A program made the translations under genes and the position numbers. From positions 9,479 through 73,478 of the forward strand of contig JACOSB010000035.1 of NCBI GenBank assembly GCA_016179105.1: DNA of 64,000 nucleotides, read 5' to 3'. Origin of the DNA: Candidatus Acetothermia bacterium. Lineage in GTDB: Bacteria; Bipolaricaulota; Bipolaricaulia; RBG-16-55-9; DRXL01. This document shows positions 29,497-38,736 of this stretch, piece by piece (positions within the stretch are counted from its first letter, which is position 1; every line of letters begins with the position of its first letter). Below the pieces are notes generated by a model. That model was not told where the DNA came from, searched no databases, and worked only from the letters and a program-made list of their open reading frames with translations.

Positions 29497-30053
29497 TTTT
29501 TCTGTTTGCTTCTAGGTTGCTTGGGCAAGGCGAAGTGCGCTTGGATTATCTGGGCTGTCCGATGCGCAGATAACTTCGTGTTATCGATGCTCAAATTATT
29601 TGCATACTGCACGGGTGCAAAGAGCTCGTATTGTTTCATCACGGCCTTGAGCGTCGTGATCTTCGTCAGCTTACCGAATTTATTTCGTGAAGGTTTTTTC
29701 AATCGGCGAAACAACACCGTCGATCGACAACAGAGCTGGACAAACAAAACCTCACCGCCGTGTGTTTCGACACGACGGATAATTTTCTTGATGAAACGAT
29801 CATCGCTGGTTTTGGCATACACAAACGTGAAGATCAGCCCGGGAATACGCTCTCTGGCTGCTGCTTCTATCAATTCAAGCCGGTATTTCCCCACCAGCTG
29901 CCAGAAGATTCGAGTGCCCCACTCAAAAATCGACCCCACGAGATCAATTGTCAAATGATTATGAAAGACTTTATAGCCTGTGAGTTTTGCCAGCTCTTGG
30001 GCGACGGTTAATTTCCCCGCCGCCGGAGGCCCGTATAAGAAGATCAATTTCAT
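29493..30053 (-). CDS. P-loop kinase (AAA_33/shikimate-kinase-like)
   Basis: MKLIFLYGPPAAGKLT Walker A, FHNHL. Confidence 0.82.
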   Translation of the reverse strand: MKLIFLYGPPAAGKLTVAQELAKLTGYKVFHNHLTIDLVGSIFEWGTRIFWQLVGKYRLELIEAAARERIPGLIFTFVYAKTSDDRFIKKIIRRVETHGGEVLFVQLCCRSTVLFRRLKKPSRNKFGKLTKITTLKAVMKQYELFAPVQYANNLSIDNTKLSAHRTAQIIQAHFALPKQPRSKQKN

Positions 30054-30096
30054 AGGTTGAGCTACTTTAGCAAAAGGGGAATCTCGTGCCAAACGT

Positions 30097-30771
30097 TCAC
30101 TGCGGTCGCTGTCTGATTTTCTGAGCCAACGACTCCACGTTTTCTCCTACGATGCGCTGGGCTTCTGTCTCAGAGAGCCCCGCCCCGAGAGCGATCCTCA
30201 AAGCCGTCTCAACATTTATCAAATCAGATGGCTCATGCGCGTCCGTATTGACGAGCATCTTCGCGCCAGCTTGATGAGCCATTTGCGCGACATGACCATT
30301 CGTTAAGCAATGCCCGCGCCGCGCGCTGAGCTCCAGAAATTTCCCATTCTGCTCTGCTAATTGGGCGTCTTCCAACATGATGAGACCCGGATGGGCTACG
30401 ACATCTACCTCAGGGCAGCTCGCGGCTGCACGATTCGTCCCCGGCTCCACAGGTTCGGCCAGCGTTTCACCATGCACCAGGATGATCTCTGCCCCAGCTC
30501 GCCTCGCGCGCTGTGCGACTTCGGCAATCAGTGGCGCGGGCACGTGAGTGATCTCGACGCCGATGAAAACTTCGATGTCAGACCAAATTTTCGCGGCCTC
30601 GCGCTCGCGTCGCAGCGCTTCGAGCACCGGCTCTACGTTGGAAACACCCACATGGTCAGTAAGCGCGATAGACGCTTGGCCTCGGTCGCGCGCGCAGCGA
30701 ATCATCTCTAAGGGAGCCCAGGTGCCGTCGCTACTCAAGCCTGTGTGACTATGAAATTCTCTGCGCTTCAT
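30097..30771 (-). CDS. PHP-domain protein, putative histidinol-phosphate phosphatase
   Basis: FHSHT..SDG, ALTDH, GVEITH, VHGET..EPV..GTN, AHPG, NTDAH. ATGA-coupled to hisIE. Confidence 0.8.
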   Translation of the reverse strand: MKRREFHSHTGLSSDGTWAPLEMIRCARDRGQASIALTDHVGVSNVEPVLEALRREREAAKIWSDIEVFIGVEITHVPAPLIAEVAQRARRAGAEIILVHGETLAEPVEPGTNRAAASCPEVDVVAHPGLIMLEDAQLAEQNGKFLELSARRGHCLTNGHVAQMAHQAGAKMLVNTDAHEPSDLINVETALRIALGAGLSETEAQRIVGENVESLAQKIRQRPQ

Positions 30772-31346
30772 CGCCGCCTCCGCGCTAGCTCCGCGAGCAC
30801 TTCGGACCACTGGAGCCCCCGTGCGAACAAGAGCACGCACAAATGAAAGACCAAATCGGCCGACTCGCGCACAAGCTCTTCATTGGATTGAGCTAACGCC
30901 ACTTCCACACCCTCTTCACCAATTTTTTGGCGCAGGCGGCGCTCATCGCTCAGTAAGAGATTCACGTACGAGTCAGCTTTCGGAGTTCGGGCACGATCGG
31001 CAAAAACTCTCCACAGCTCTTGAACTACATCGGGCGCAAGATCACCAAAGCACGTCGGAGCACCTGTGTGGCACGCCGGACCCGTTTGTTCGACGCGGGC
31101 GAGGACCACATCTTGGTCACAGTCCAAATGCAAAGAAATGAGATGCTGCGTGTGACCAGATGTCTCCCCCTTACGCCAAAGCTTTTGTCGCGAGCGGCTC
31201 CAGTAGTGCATCCAGCCGGTTGCGATTGTTTTCTCTAAAGCTTCGCGGTTCGCGTAGGCCAGCATGAGCACACGTCCATCCACTTCCTGGACAATAACAG
31301 GGACAAGCCCGTCGCTGTTCCATTTGATTAGATCTACGTTAATCAT
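30768..31346 (-). CDS. hisIE: Bifunctional phosphoribosyl-AMP cyclohydrolase / phosphoribosyl-ATP pyrophosphatase
   Basis: [55 protein letters not shown]. Confidence 0.94.
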   Translation of the reverse strand: MINVDLIKWNSDGLVPVIVQEVDGRVLMLAYANREALEKTIATGWMHYWSRSRQKLWRKGETSGHTQHLISLHLDCDQDVVLARVEQTGPACHTGAPTCFGDLAPDVVQELWRVFADRARTPKADSYVNLLLSDERRLRQKIGEEGVEVALAQSNEELVRESADLVFHLCVLLFARGLQWSEVLAELARRRR

Positions 31347-32101
31347 CGTACGGTCACGCCTCGCTCACGCAAAAAATCTTTCACTTGGGCCACCGTATAT
31401 TGATCGTAATGAAAAATCGACGCAGCCAGAGCCGCTTGTGCTCTTCCTTCCGTCAAAGCCAGATACAAATCGTTCGGCGTGCCTCCGCCGCCGGAAGCGA
31501 TCACGGGGACATCCACGGCTTCGACGACCGCGCGCGTGAGTTCGAGATCGTACCCGCGCTGGGTGCCGTCGGCGTCGATACTCGTCAAAAGAATCTCGCC
31601 AGCACCCAATTCTGCTGCTTGATGGGCCCAGGCGATCGCCTCTAAGCCTGTAGGCTTTCGTCCGCCGTGAGTATATACTTCCCATTTTTGGGGGCTTACT
31701 CGCTTGGCATCAATCGCTACCACAACACATTGTTTCCCAAAGCGAGCCGCACACCGTGAGATCAAATTCGGGTCACGCACGGCTGCCGTGTTGATCGCGA
31801 CTTTCTCAGCACCCGCGCGCAAGGTCGCGTGCATCTCTTCTACCGAAGAAATTCCACCGCCGACTGTCAATGGGATGAACAGCTTTTCGGCTGTGCGTTG
31901 CACGACATCCAAGAGCGTGCGACGATTTTCGACCGAGGCACTTATGTCCAGAAAGACAACTTCGTCTGCTCCCTGGGCTTCGTAACGCGTGGCCAATTCC
32001 GAGGGCTCGCCCACTTCTCTAAGGCTCTCAAATTTAATGCCTTTCACGACACAGCCGTTGTCTACATCGAGGCAGGGAATGATGCGTTTGGCCAAACTCA
32101 T
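31343..32101 (-). CDS. hisF: Imidazole glycerol phosphate synthase cyclase subunit
   Basis: [47 protein letters not shown]. Confidence 0.97.
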   Translation of the reverse strand: MSLAKRIIPCLDVDNGCVVKGIKFESLREVGEPSELATRYEAQGADEVVFLDISASVENRRTLLDVVQRTAEKLFIPLTVGGGISSVEEMHATLRAGAEKVAINTAAVRDPNLISRCAARFGKQCVVVAIDAKRVSPQKWEVYTHGGRKPTGLEAIAWAHQAAELGAGEILLTSIDADGTQRGYDLELTRAVVEAVDVPVIASGGGGTPNDLYLALTEGRAQAALAASIFHYDQYTVAQVKDFLRERGVTVR

Positions 32102-32649
32102 CGCCACTCGACCTCCCCTTTTGTACTGGAAACGCGAGCCACTGGACGGACTGCTTGACGCAACGCTCGCCCCAGCCCCTTGAACGCCGCTTCGACGACA
32201 TGGTGCGAATCCAGGCCCGCGAGTGGGCGCACATGCAAAGTGAATTTCCCTTCGAGTGCCATCGAGCGCAAGAAGTGCGCGTAGATCGCAATGGGAAGTT
32301 CAATCTGCGCGAAGGGTCGGTCGACTAAGTCCAGCGCCACGAGCACCAGCGCATCATCCATCGCGACGATCGCATGACTGATACGCTCAATTTTCAGAGT
32401 GGGAATCGCCTGCCGAATCGCCTGCCCCAAGCTGATCCCGACGTCTTCGATGAGATGATGCTCATCCTCTCCTTGAGCTTTTACGTCCAAATGAAACCCT
32501 CCGTGGAGCGCGAAGCTTTCGAGCATGTGCCTCAAAAAATACGGCTCGACGGATAGTTTGACTTGACCTGAGCCGTTCAGTCTCAGCTTCAAATCAATTT
32601 CCGTCTCTCGCGTACGTCGTTGCACCTGAACCCGGTCATTCTTTGCCAT
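32098..32649 (-). CDS. hisB: Imidazoleglycerol-phosphate dehydratase
   Basis: [46 protein letters not shown]. Confidence 0.93.
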   Translation of the reverse strand: MAKNDRVQVQRRTRETEIDLKLRLNGSGQVKLSVEPYFLRHMLESFALHGGFHLDVKAQGEDEHHLIEDVGISLGQAIRQAIPTLKIERISHAIVAMDDALVLVALDLVDRPFAQIELPIAIYAHFLRSMALEGKFTLHVRPLAGLDSHHVVEAAFKGLGRALRQAVRPVARVSSTKGEVEWR

Positions 32650-32667
32650 GATTGTTCCTTACCTTGG

Positions 32668-33363
32668 CTAGACGCGAAGCTCCGCCAAGTGCACGGTTCC
32701 CGCGTATAACGCCGTGCCCAAGACGACCCCAGCCGCTCCTAATTGATAAGCTAAACGCACGTCGTCTGCATGGCGCAGCCCGCCGGAGATGAGCACTGGT
32801 GTTCGAACAGACTCACAGAGTTGTCTTATAGGCTTGGGATCGATCCCTTGCAATAAGCCCTCGACGCCCACATTCGTATAGAGCAACGCTGCCAATCCGA
32901 AATCGTCAACGCTTCGAGCCACATCCAGCAATTTCTTTCCCGATCTTTGCGTCCAGCCTGCGATGGTCACTTCATCACCGCGCGCGTCGACTGCTAGAAC
33001 GATTTTCTTGGGAAAACGCATCGTAATCTCTCTCAACCAATCCGGTTCCCGAACTCCTTTTGTTCCAACGATGACGCGCTCGGCACCGAAACTCAGCCAA
33101 CGATCAACGGTCTCTGTATCGCGTACGCCGCCACCGACCTGCACTGGAACTCTCACGGTGCGAATCATTTTTTTTAGCACGGAACGATTCTCTCCTTTAC
33201 CGAGGGCAGCATCCAAATCGATAAGATGAAGACCGTCAGCACCCTCATCGGCCCAGCGCTGCATGGCTTCGACAGGGTCTTGAAGGTAGCGTGCCGTCTG
33301 CGGATCGCCGCCGCGTAGTTGGACACAGCGCCCTTCCAAGATGTCTACGGCTGCCCAAATCAT
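32668..33363 (-). CDS. hisA: ProFAR isomerase
   Basis: AAVDILEGRCVQL, LHLIDLD, QVGGGVR, LAVD, TNV..EG...G, ISGG. Start 33363 is ATGA-coupled to hisH. Confidence 0.94.
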   Translation of the reverse strand: MIWAAVDILEGRCVQLRGGDPQTARYLQDPVEAMQRWADEGADGLHLIDLDAALGKGENRSVLKKMIRTVRVPVQVGGGVRDTETVDRWLSFGAERVIVGTKGVREPDWLREITMRFPKKIVLAVDARGDEVTIAGWTQRSGKKLLDVARSVDDFGLAALLYTNVGVEGLLQGIDPKPIRQLCESVRTPVLISGGLRHADDVRLAYQLGAAGVVLGTALYAGTVHLAELRV

Positions 33364-33959
33364 CGTGACTCCTTGGACAAAGTCAGAAAGTTTTCCAAGA
33401 GTTTTAAACCCCACTGCCCGCTCTTCTCTGGATGAAATTGCACTCCGAAACTGATCGCTCCAGCTTGCACCGCAGAGATAATTCGGCTTTCGTAGACCGT
33501 CCAAGCCAAGGCCGCGTCGCTCTCCAGAGTCCCATAAGTGTGCACAAAATAGAAATAAGCATTCTGCGGGATGTCATCAAAGAGACCATCTTCTTTGTGT
33601 TGCACGGTGTTCCAGCCCAAGTGGGGCAAGCGTTGTGCGGGCAACTTCACTACCGTGCCGGGCAGCACACCCAACCCTGAGACGCCCGGTGCTTCTTCGC
33701 TACGTTCAAAGAGCAACTCCATCCCAAGACAGATCCCAAGAGTGGGTCGCTCACGCACGCGCTGCCGCAGCAATTCCCGCACTTCGGCCACCGGCTTCAA
33801 GACCGCGCCGAACGCGCCAACGCCGGGCAAGACTAAAACTTGAGATTCAACCCAGCGATCGGCTTCTTCTGTGACTTCGACCGTTGCTCCTAAACGCTCA
33901 AATGCTTTTCTCAAGCTATGCAAATTGCCCACACCATAGTCAGCGATCGTGACCTTCAT
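33360..33959 (-). CDS. hisH: Imidazole glycerol phosphate synthase glutaminase subunit
   Basis: DYGVGNLHS, LPGVGAF, LGICLGM, PHLGWN, YFVH.Y, QFHPEKS. Confidence 0.96.
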   Translation of the reverse strand: MKVTIADYGVGNLHSLRKAFERLGATVEVTEEADRWVESQVLVLPGVGAFGAVLKPVAEVRELLRQRVRERPTLGICLGMELLFERSEEAPGVSGLGVLPGTVVKLPAQRLPHLGWNTVQHKEDGLFDDIPQNAYFYFVHTYGTLESDAALAWTVYESRIISAVQAGAISFGVQFHPEKSGQWGLKLLENFLTLSKESR

Positions 33960-34984
33960 GGCAACACCTCATCGATAGCTTTCAACAGAATCGCGCGATC
34001 GTCCGGAGTGCCCACAGTGATCCGAACGCACTCTCGTAATCGCGGGTGTTCTCCAAGCGTACGAACGAGCACGCCCTTTGTCTCTAATTCTGCGACAAAC
34101 AAATCTCGTTCCACGCCATCGGGCATCGCTACTAACAAGAAGTTCGCTTGTGAAGGCCAGACGTGAAATCCACGCTCGGTCAGCGTTTCTGCCCAGCGAG
34201 GGCGCTCCTCGCGAATCAGCCTCGTGTAAGCACGCACAAACTCTTGCTCGCGGAGCGCCTCGGCAGCCAGCGCTTGACTGAATGCGTTCAGATTGAACGG
34301 CAGGCGAACCAGCTCAATCGGTTCAATCAGCTTGGGATTGGCAACGACATAACCGACACGTAACCCCGCCAATCCGTAAGCTTTAGAAAACGTGCGTACA
34401 ACCATCAAGTTGGGAAAATCGCGCACGGCTCGAATCCAGTCGTGTCCTCCAAATTCTGCATAAGCTTCGTCGATGACAACCAATTGACCCGAGCGAAGTA
34501 CCTTCTCAATCGACTGAGCGTGCAGTGTGTTCCCCGTGGGATTATTGGGTGTGCAGAGCACGAGCAACTTCGCTTTAGTCTTGACTAGCGCTTGAGCCTT
34601 GAGATCAAATGCTTCATCCAATGGCACTTCGACCGCGTTGGCTCCATTCGTTAACGCATAGTGTCTGTACATGGAGTACGTCGGCCCGGGGTACGCGACG
34701 GTCTCGTCGGGGTTCAAGTACGTTTTGAAAATTAGATCGAAAACTTCGTCAGAACCGTTGCCCGCGAGAAAATACTCTGGGCCAAGATCGTAATGAGTGG
34801 CCAGAGCTTGGCGTAGCGGCATCGCATCGCGGTCTGCGTAGATACTGAGATCGATCTTCTCTAGTAACTGGCTCGCCCGTTGGATGACCGGATTTACTCC
34901 TAAACGATTCGTGTTCAAATGCAACGGCAGACCCCGTGCTTTGGTGGTAACATACGGCGCGAGTTGCCTCAAACTCTCTCTCAT
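33956..34984 (-). CDS. hisC: Histidinol-phosphate aminotransferase
   Basis: GNGSDE, PNNPTG, IDEAYAEF, RTFSKAYGLAGLRVG, ANF, RITVG. Confidence 0.95.
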   Translation of the reverse strand: MRESLRQLAPYVTTKARGLPLHLNTNRLGVNPVIQRASQLLEKIDLSIYADRDAMPLRQALATHYDLGPEYFLAGNGSDEVFDLIFKTYLNPDETVAYPGPTYSMYRHYALTNGANAVEVPLDEAFDLKAQALVKTKAKLLVLCTPNNPTGNTLHAQSIEKVLRSGQLVVIDEAYAEFGGHDWIRAVRDFPNLMVVRTFSKAYGLAGLRVGYVVANPKLIEPIELVRLPFNLNAFSQALAAEALREQEFVRAYTRLIREERPRWAETLTERGFHVWPSQANFLLVAMPDGVERDLFVAELETKGVLVRTLGEHPRLRECVRITVGTPDDRAILLKAIDEVLP

Positions 34985-34986
34985 AC

Positions 34987-36252
34987 TTAGAGCCTTTCCA
35001 GACGTACTCTTACGGACTCCGCGTGCGCCGCCATGCCTTCAACTTTCGCGAGTACTGCGACCGTGGGGGCCAGCGATTTATAGCCTTCAGGGCTCACGTG
35101 CTGATACGAAATTTTTTTCAGAAAATCGCTCACGCCAAGGCCACTACTCACGCGTGCTCCGCGTGCAGTGGGCAGAATATGATTCGTCCCCGAGGCATAG
35201 TCCCCAAACGCGACGGGTGACCACGGGCCCAAGAAGACGGAGCCCGCGTTTTGTATCTTTTCGAGTAGCTCTTCTGCGTCTTCTGTCCACAAGCCTAAAT
35301 GTTCAGGCGCGTACTCATTGGCGAATTCTAGCGCTGACTCTCGATCAGAGTAACAAAGCACAGCGAGATGACGATCTTTCGTCAACGCGGCATCCAGTTT
35401 TTGCACTACGCCTTGGGCAAGCTCAGGCAGATTGGTCAGGAGTAACGCCGAGGTGCCCGGTCCATGCTCCAGTTGTGCCTTCAGCTCAGCCAATGCCCAG
35501 TGCATCAAAGTTTCCGGAGAAAAGCCAGAGAGTTTTTCTACGAGCAGTAAGACCTCGCTGGGGCCAGCCAAAAGATCAATCGCAACTTGATCGCGCACGA
35601 GCGCCTTCGCCGCCGTGACGTAGGCATTGCCCGGTCCCACGATCTTCTCGACTCTTGGGATTGATTGTGTTCCATAAGCAAACGCCGCGATCGCCTGTGC
35701 CCCGCCGACAGCATACACTTCATCGATTCCGAGCAAAGTCGCCGCGGCTCGCACAGCGACTGGGATTTTGCCATCGACTCCGGGCGGAGTGCATACAGCC
35801 AACTCCTTCACTCCCGCGAGATGCGCCGGGACTCCGGCCATAAGCAAAGACGAGAACAGATTTCGGGGAACGTAAATCCCGACTCGTCTGAATGGTCTTA
35901 TTAATTGGCCCAGCCGCAGACTCCGTAACGGCTCGATCTCGTAGCTCTTCGAAAGTTGTGGCCGGTGGAACGCTTCGATCTGTGCCTTCGCCGTTTCCAA
36001 TGCAGCCCCTAGTTCCGCAGAAATCTCCTGGAGAGATTGCGTGATCTCTACCTTCGGCACGCGTAGCACCTTGAGCCGCACGCAATCAAACCGCTCCGTG
36101 TATGCTTGAAGAGCTTCATCGCTCTGTTCGCGCACTGTTTTCAGTATTTCTTGCACTCGCGCTTTGACAGCCTCATCGAAAGGACTGGGCCTATTCAAGA
36201 GTCGCTCTCTCGTTTTCGCATCCAACGTTTCCAACTGGAGCACATCCATCAC
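34987..36252 (-). CDS. hisD: Histidinol dehydrogenase
   Basis: VGIYVP, GGAQAIAA.AYG, KIVGPGNAYV, AGPSE, AQLEH, YAPEHL, GDYASGTNHILPT, EG..AH. Confidence 0.96.
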   Translation of the reverse strand: MMDVLQLETLDAKTRERLLNRPSPFDEAVKARVQEILKTVREQSDEALQAYTERFDCVRLKVLRVPKVEITQSLQEISAELGAALETAKAQIEAFHRPQLSKSYEIEPLRSLRLGQLIRPFRRVGIYVPRNLFSSLLMAGVPAHLAGVKELAVCTPPGVDGKIPVAVRAAATLLGIDEVYAVGGAQAIAAFAYGTQSIPRVEKIVGPGNAYVTAAKALVRDQVAIDLLAGPSEVLLLVEKLSGFSPETLMHWALAELKAQLEHGPGTSALLLTNLPELAQGVVQKLDAALTKDRHLAVLCYSDRESALEFANEYAPEHLGLWTEDAEELLEKIQNAGSVFLGPWSPVAFGDYASGTNHILPTARGARVSSGLGVSDFLKKISYQHVSPEGYKSLAPTVAVLAKVEGMAAHAESVRVRLERL

Positions 36253-37109
36253 GAGACCATCCTTTCGATGGGCAGAATGAGCAAGCCCTCAACCCCGCAA
36301 CGCTTGAGCGCAGGAATCAGACGATTGACTTCGCTCTCGTGCACGACCGCATGCAGCGCAACCCAGTCCTCCCGGCCCAATAGATTCATCACCGTGGGTG
36401 CAGTCACGCCGGGCAAAAGCGCTTTGACGGATTCTAGTTGTGACCGTGGGACGTTGACCATCAAGTAACGCCTTGCCTTCGCGTCGAGCACGCTCTTGAG
36501 AGCTGCCTGCAGTTCATCCAAGAGAGCTTTTTGCGTATGCAGGCTCAGGTTATTCGCAATCAAGACGGCTTCGGATTGCAGCATCGTTTCCAGCTCGACG
36601 AGTCCGTTCTGTTGCAAGGTTGAGCCCGTTTCGACCAGGTCTACAATCGCTTCAGCCACGCCCACGTGCGGCGCGACTTCGGTTGCTCCTGAAAGCGGGA
36701 TGACTGCAACGTTTACAGAACGCTCTTTGAAGAAGCGCGCGGTCAAATTGGGGAAGACCGTCGCGATTCGTTGCCCTTGCAACTGACTTAATTGTTTGAT
36801 CTGGCTGAGTCGCGGCACAGCGAGCACGAGACGACAGCGCCCGAAGCCCATCTTAAGTAAAGTCTCTACCGAAGCGCCGTGTTCAGCGACTAAATCTAGC
36901 CCCGTAATGCCCGCATCGGCCGAGCCGGTAGCGACATATTCGGGGATGTCTTGTGTACGCACGAAGAGCAGTCGCCACTGGCCGTTGACATCGGCTAATA
37001 AGCTTCGGGCGTGGAGCGGAACGTGCAAGCCTGCTTTCGAAAGCAACTCCAACGCTTGCTCGCTCAATCGCCCTTTGTTCGGAACCGCGATCTTGAGAGG
37101 AGCACTCAT
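36249..37109 (-). CDS. hisG: ATP phosphoribosyltransferase, long form
   Basis: IAVPNKGRL, VRTQDIP, GITG.D, GATE.AP..G.A.AIVDLVETGSTL, C-terminal regulatory domain (APTV..L). Confidence 0.96.
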   Translation of the reverse strand: MSAPLKIAVPNKGRLSEQALELLSKAGLHVPLHARSLLADVNGQWRLLFVRTQDIPEYVATGSADAGITGLDLVAEHGASVETLLKMGFGRCRLVLAVPRLSQIKQLSQLQGQRIATVFPNLTARFFKERSVNVAVIPLSGATEVAPHVGVAEAIVDLVETGSTLQQNGLVELETMLQSEAVLIANNLSLHTQKALLDELQAALKSVLDAKARRYLMVNVPRSQLESVKALLPGVTAPTVMNLLGREDWVALHAVVHESEVNRLIPALKRCGVEGLLILPIERMVS

Positions 37110-37159
37110 GGTGATGGCCTCCTCATGAAATTGAGTTCTAGCGTAAACAGCGCTCGATC

Positions 37160-37185
37160 AAAAGCAATCGGTGGAAGACCGACTG
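37160..37185 (-). terminator. Attenuator-like hairpin in the his leader
   Basis: Minus strand CAGTCGGT-CTTCC-ACCGATTG then CTTTT, between the leader-peptide stop and hisG. Confidence 0.55.
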
Positions 37186-37205
37186 AAAAAATTGTTTGCG
37201 GGAGT

Positions 37206-37283
37206 TTAATGAAGCCAGTAGGCGGAGTGATGATGCGCGGCGAGAACTCCTGAGCAAAGGTTCACGACATTTAGTGTTGCCAT
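37206..37283 (-). CDS. hisL: His-operon leader peptide MATLNVVNLCSGVLAAHHHSAYWLH (not in ORF track)
   Basis: AAGGAG SD 8 nt before ATG 37283. CAT CAT CAC run plus a terminal CAT before TAA. Lies between the promoter and hisG. Confidence 0.8.
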   Translation of the reverse strand: MATLNVVNLCSGVLAAHHHSAYWLH

Positions 37284-37337
37284 CGCAATCACTCCTTAGA
37301 TTGAAGCCACGATACGATCGCAGCGTAAAGTGGGACT

Positions 37338-37366
37338 ATTATAGAACGCTTCGCTGTCAATATCAA
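37338..37366 (-). promoter_or_regulatory. Sigma70 promoter of the his operon
   Basis: TTGATA-N17-TATAAT on the minus strand. Confidence 0.75.
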
Positions 37367-37389
37367 GCGAGGCTTCCTCGGACGTTCGG

Positions 37390-37420
37390 CCCCCTCCCCT
37401 GCTTAGTCGCAGGGGAGGGG
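37390..37420. repeat. REP-like GC-rich hairpin, possible terminator of the sulfur operon
   Basis: CCCCTCCCCTGC-TTAGTC-GCAGGGGAGGGG inverted repeat (coordinates approximate), with GGGTGGGGTC nearby. Confidence 0.55.
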
Positions 37421-37490
37421 ATCGGCGCGAACGATTCGGGTCACCTAGCTTGCTACGCAAGTTAGGGTGGGGTCGGGCATCTCAAATTTC

Positions 37491-38462
37491 TTAGTAAGTC
37501 CGGGTCAATGATCGGTCGGATGCTTTTTCTTGCTCCCGCGTCAGGAAGCGCGCGACGGCCACCATTCCGTTCAAGCCGTGCTTCTCTTCAACCCCGGGAG
37601 AGTAATTGGTCGTTCCATTCACGTCATACGTAATTTTGTGGCCGAAGCGGTCTTCGATGAATTCGATGCCTGCCAAGTCGATCTCGTTCTCGCGCATGAA
37701 CGAGATGTACTGGTCAAGAATTGGGTCATCAAAGCCCTGGCGCAATTCAAAGAGATTTTGACGATCTGCACCTGTCGGCACAGCATCGGCTGTAGGACAG
37801 AACGCGTCTCCCGTCTCACAGCGCTCGGCAGGGCAGAGTTGGAAGCCTTTACTTGTGTCTGATTTTATCGCGTACAAAAATTCGCCGTCGACGATCTCTA
37901 CGCGCGTGATGAAGGGCTCCGCCGGCTCGACGTACTCTTGCAAGAGTGTGATGTGATCTCGTGGTACCTCAAAATCCGCCGAATCTACGTAGAGATCGAA
38001 CGCGTCGAGCGAACGGAAAAGTTGAACGCCGAGTCCCTTTCCCCCGCGATTGTGTTTGGTGATGAAAGGCAGAGGCATCTTGCGAGCTGCTATCTTTAGC
38101 TCTTCACCGTATCCAGAGACGGCAATTGTGTGCGGTGTGCGAATTCCCGCTCGTTGTAGCGCCGCGTATTGGCGTACCTTGCTGATCTCTAGAGCGAATG
38201 CTCGACTGCCGTTGATAACGCGTCGACCATAGCCCTCCAGCCAGGCGATCAACTCACGGTTATAATCGACACTCTCGATATGCCCGCGCGTGTGCGACGA
38301 GGGGCTCATGCGATTCAAGAAAATGCCTTCGGGCGGCTCTGAGTCTAAATCAAAGTGCCCGGTCTGAATGAACCACTCTTCGTGAGGCAAACCCGCGCGA
38401 TCGAGTTCGCGCACCAACGGAGGTAACCAATCCGGATTTTCGTACAGTACATAAATCTTCAT
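37491..38462 (-). CDS. ATP-grasp (RimK/glutathione-synthetase-like) ligase
   Basis: RVING..A..LE.SK..Q, PFITKHNRGGKGLGV, LQEYV, RVE.V.G, AGIEFI, DVNGTTNY. Start 38462 lies 2 nt after the TusA stop. Confidence 0.82.
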   Translation of the reverse strand: MKIYVLYENPDWLPPLVRELDRAGLPHEEWFIQTGHFDLDSEPPEGIFLNRMSPSSHTRGHIESVDYNRELIAWLEGYGRRVINGSRAFALEISKVRQYAALQRAGIRTPHTIAVSGYGEELKIAARKMPLPFITKHNRGGKGLGVQLFRSLDAFDLYVDSADFEVPRDHITLLQEYVEPAEPFITRVEIVDGEFLYAIKSDTSKGFQLCPAERCETGDAFCPTADAVPTGADRQNLFELRQGFDDPILDQYISFMRENEIDLAGIEFIEDRFGHKITYDVNGTTNYSPGVEEKHGLNGMVAVARFLTREQEKASDRSLTRTY

Positions 38463-38464
38463 CG

Positions 38465-38713
38465 CTACTGACTTCCTTTCTCCAGCAAGATGCGCCATTC
38501 GGCGTCTCCGGTCTTCTCGATTCCTAAAATCTTGTGTCCAGCGTTCTCGGCCCAACGCGGGATTGTCTCCAACGAGAGGGGATAATCCAACAATACTTCT
38601 AGCTGCTCACCCGGTCGTAATGCTTCTATTTTTTTTTTCGTCATCATCTGCGGATAGGGGCAAATCTCGCCTCGCACATCGAGTTTATGCAACGTCTTTG
38701 TAGCTACTGACAT
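38465..38713 (-). CDS. TusA/SirA (YeeD/TsuB-like) sulfur carrier
   Basis: LDVRGEICPYP (CPxP), G..LEVLLDYP, IP.W....GH. AGGAGAG SD before ATG 38713. Confidence 0.92.
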   Translation of the reverse strand: MSVATKTLHKLDVRGEICPYPQMMTKKKIEALRPGEQLEVLLDYPLSLETIPRWAENAGHKILGIEKTGDAEWRILLEKGSQ

Positions 38714-38736
38714 CAAGTCACTCTCCTATAAGTTTC

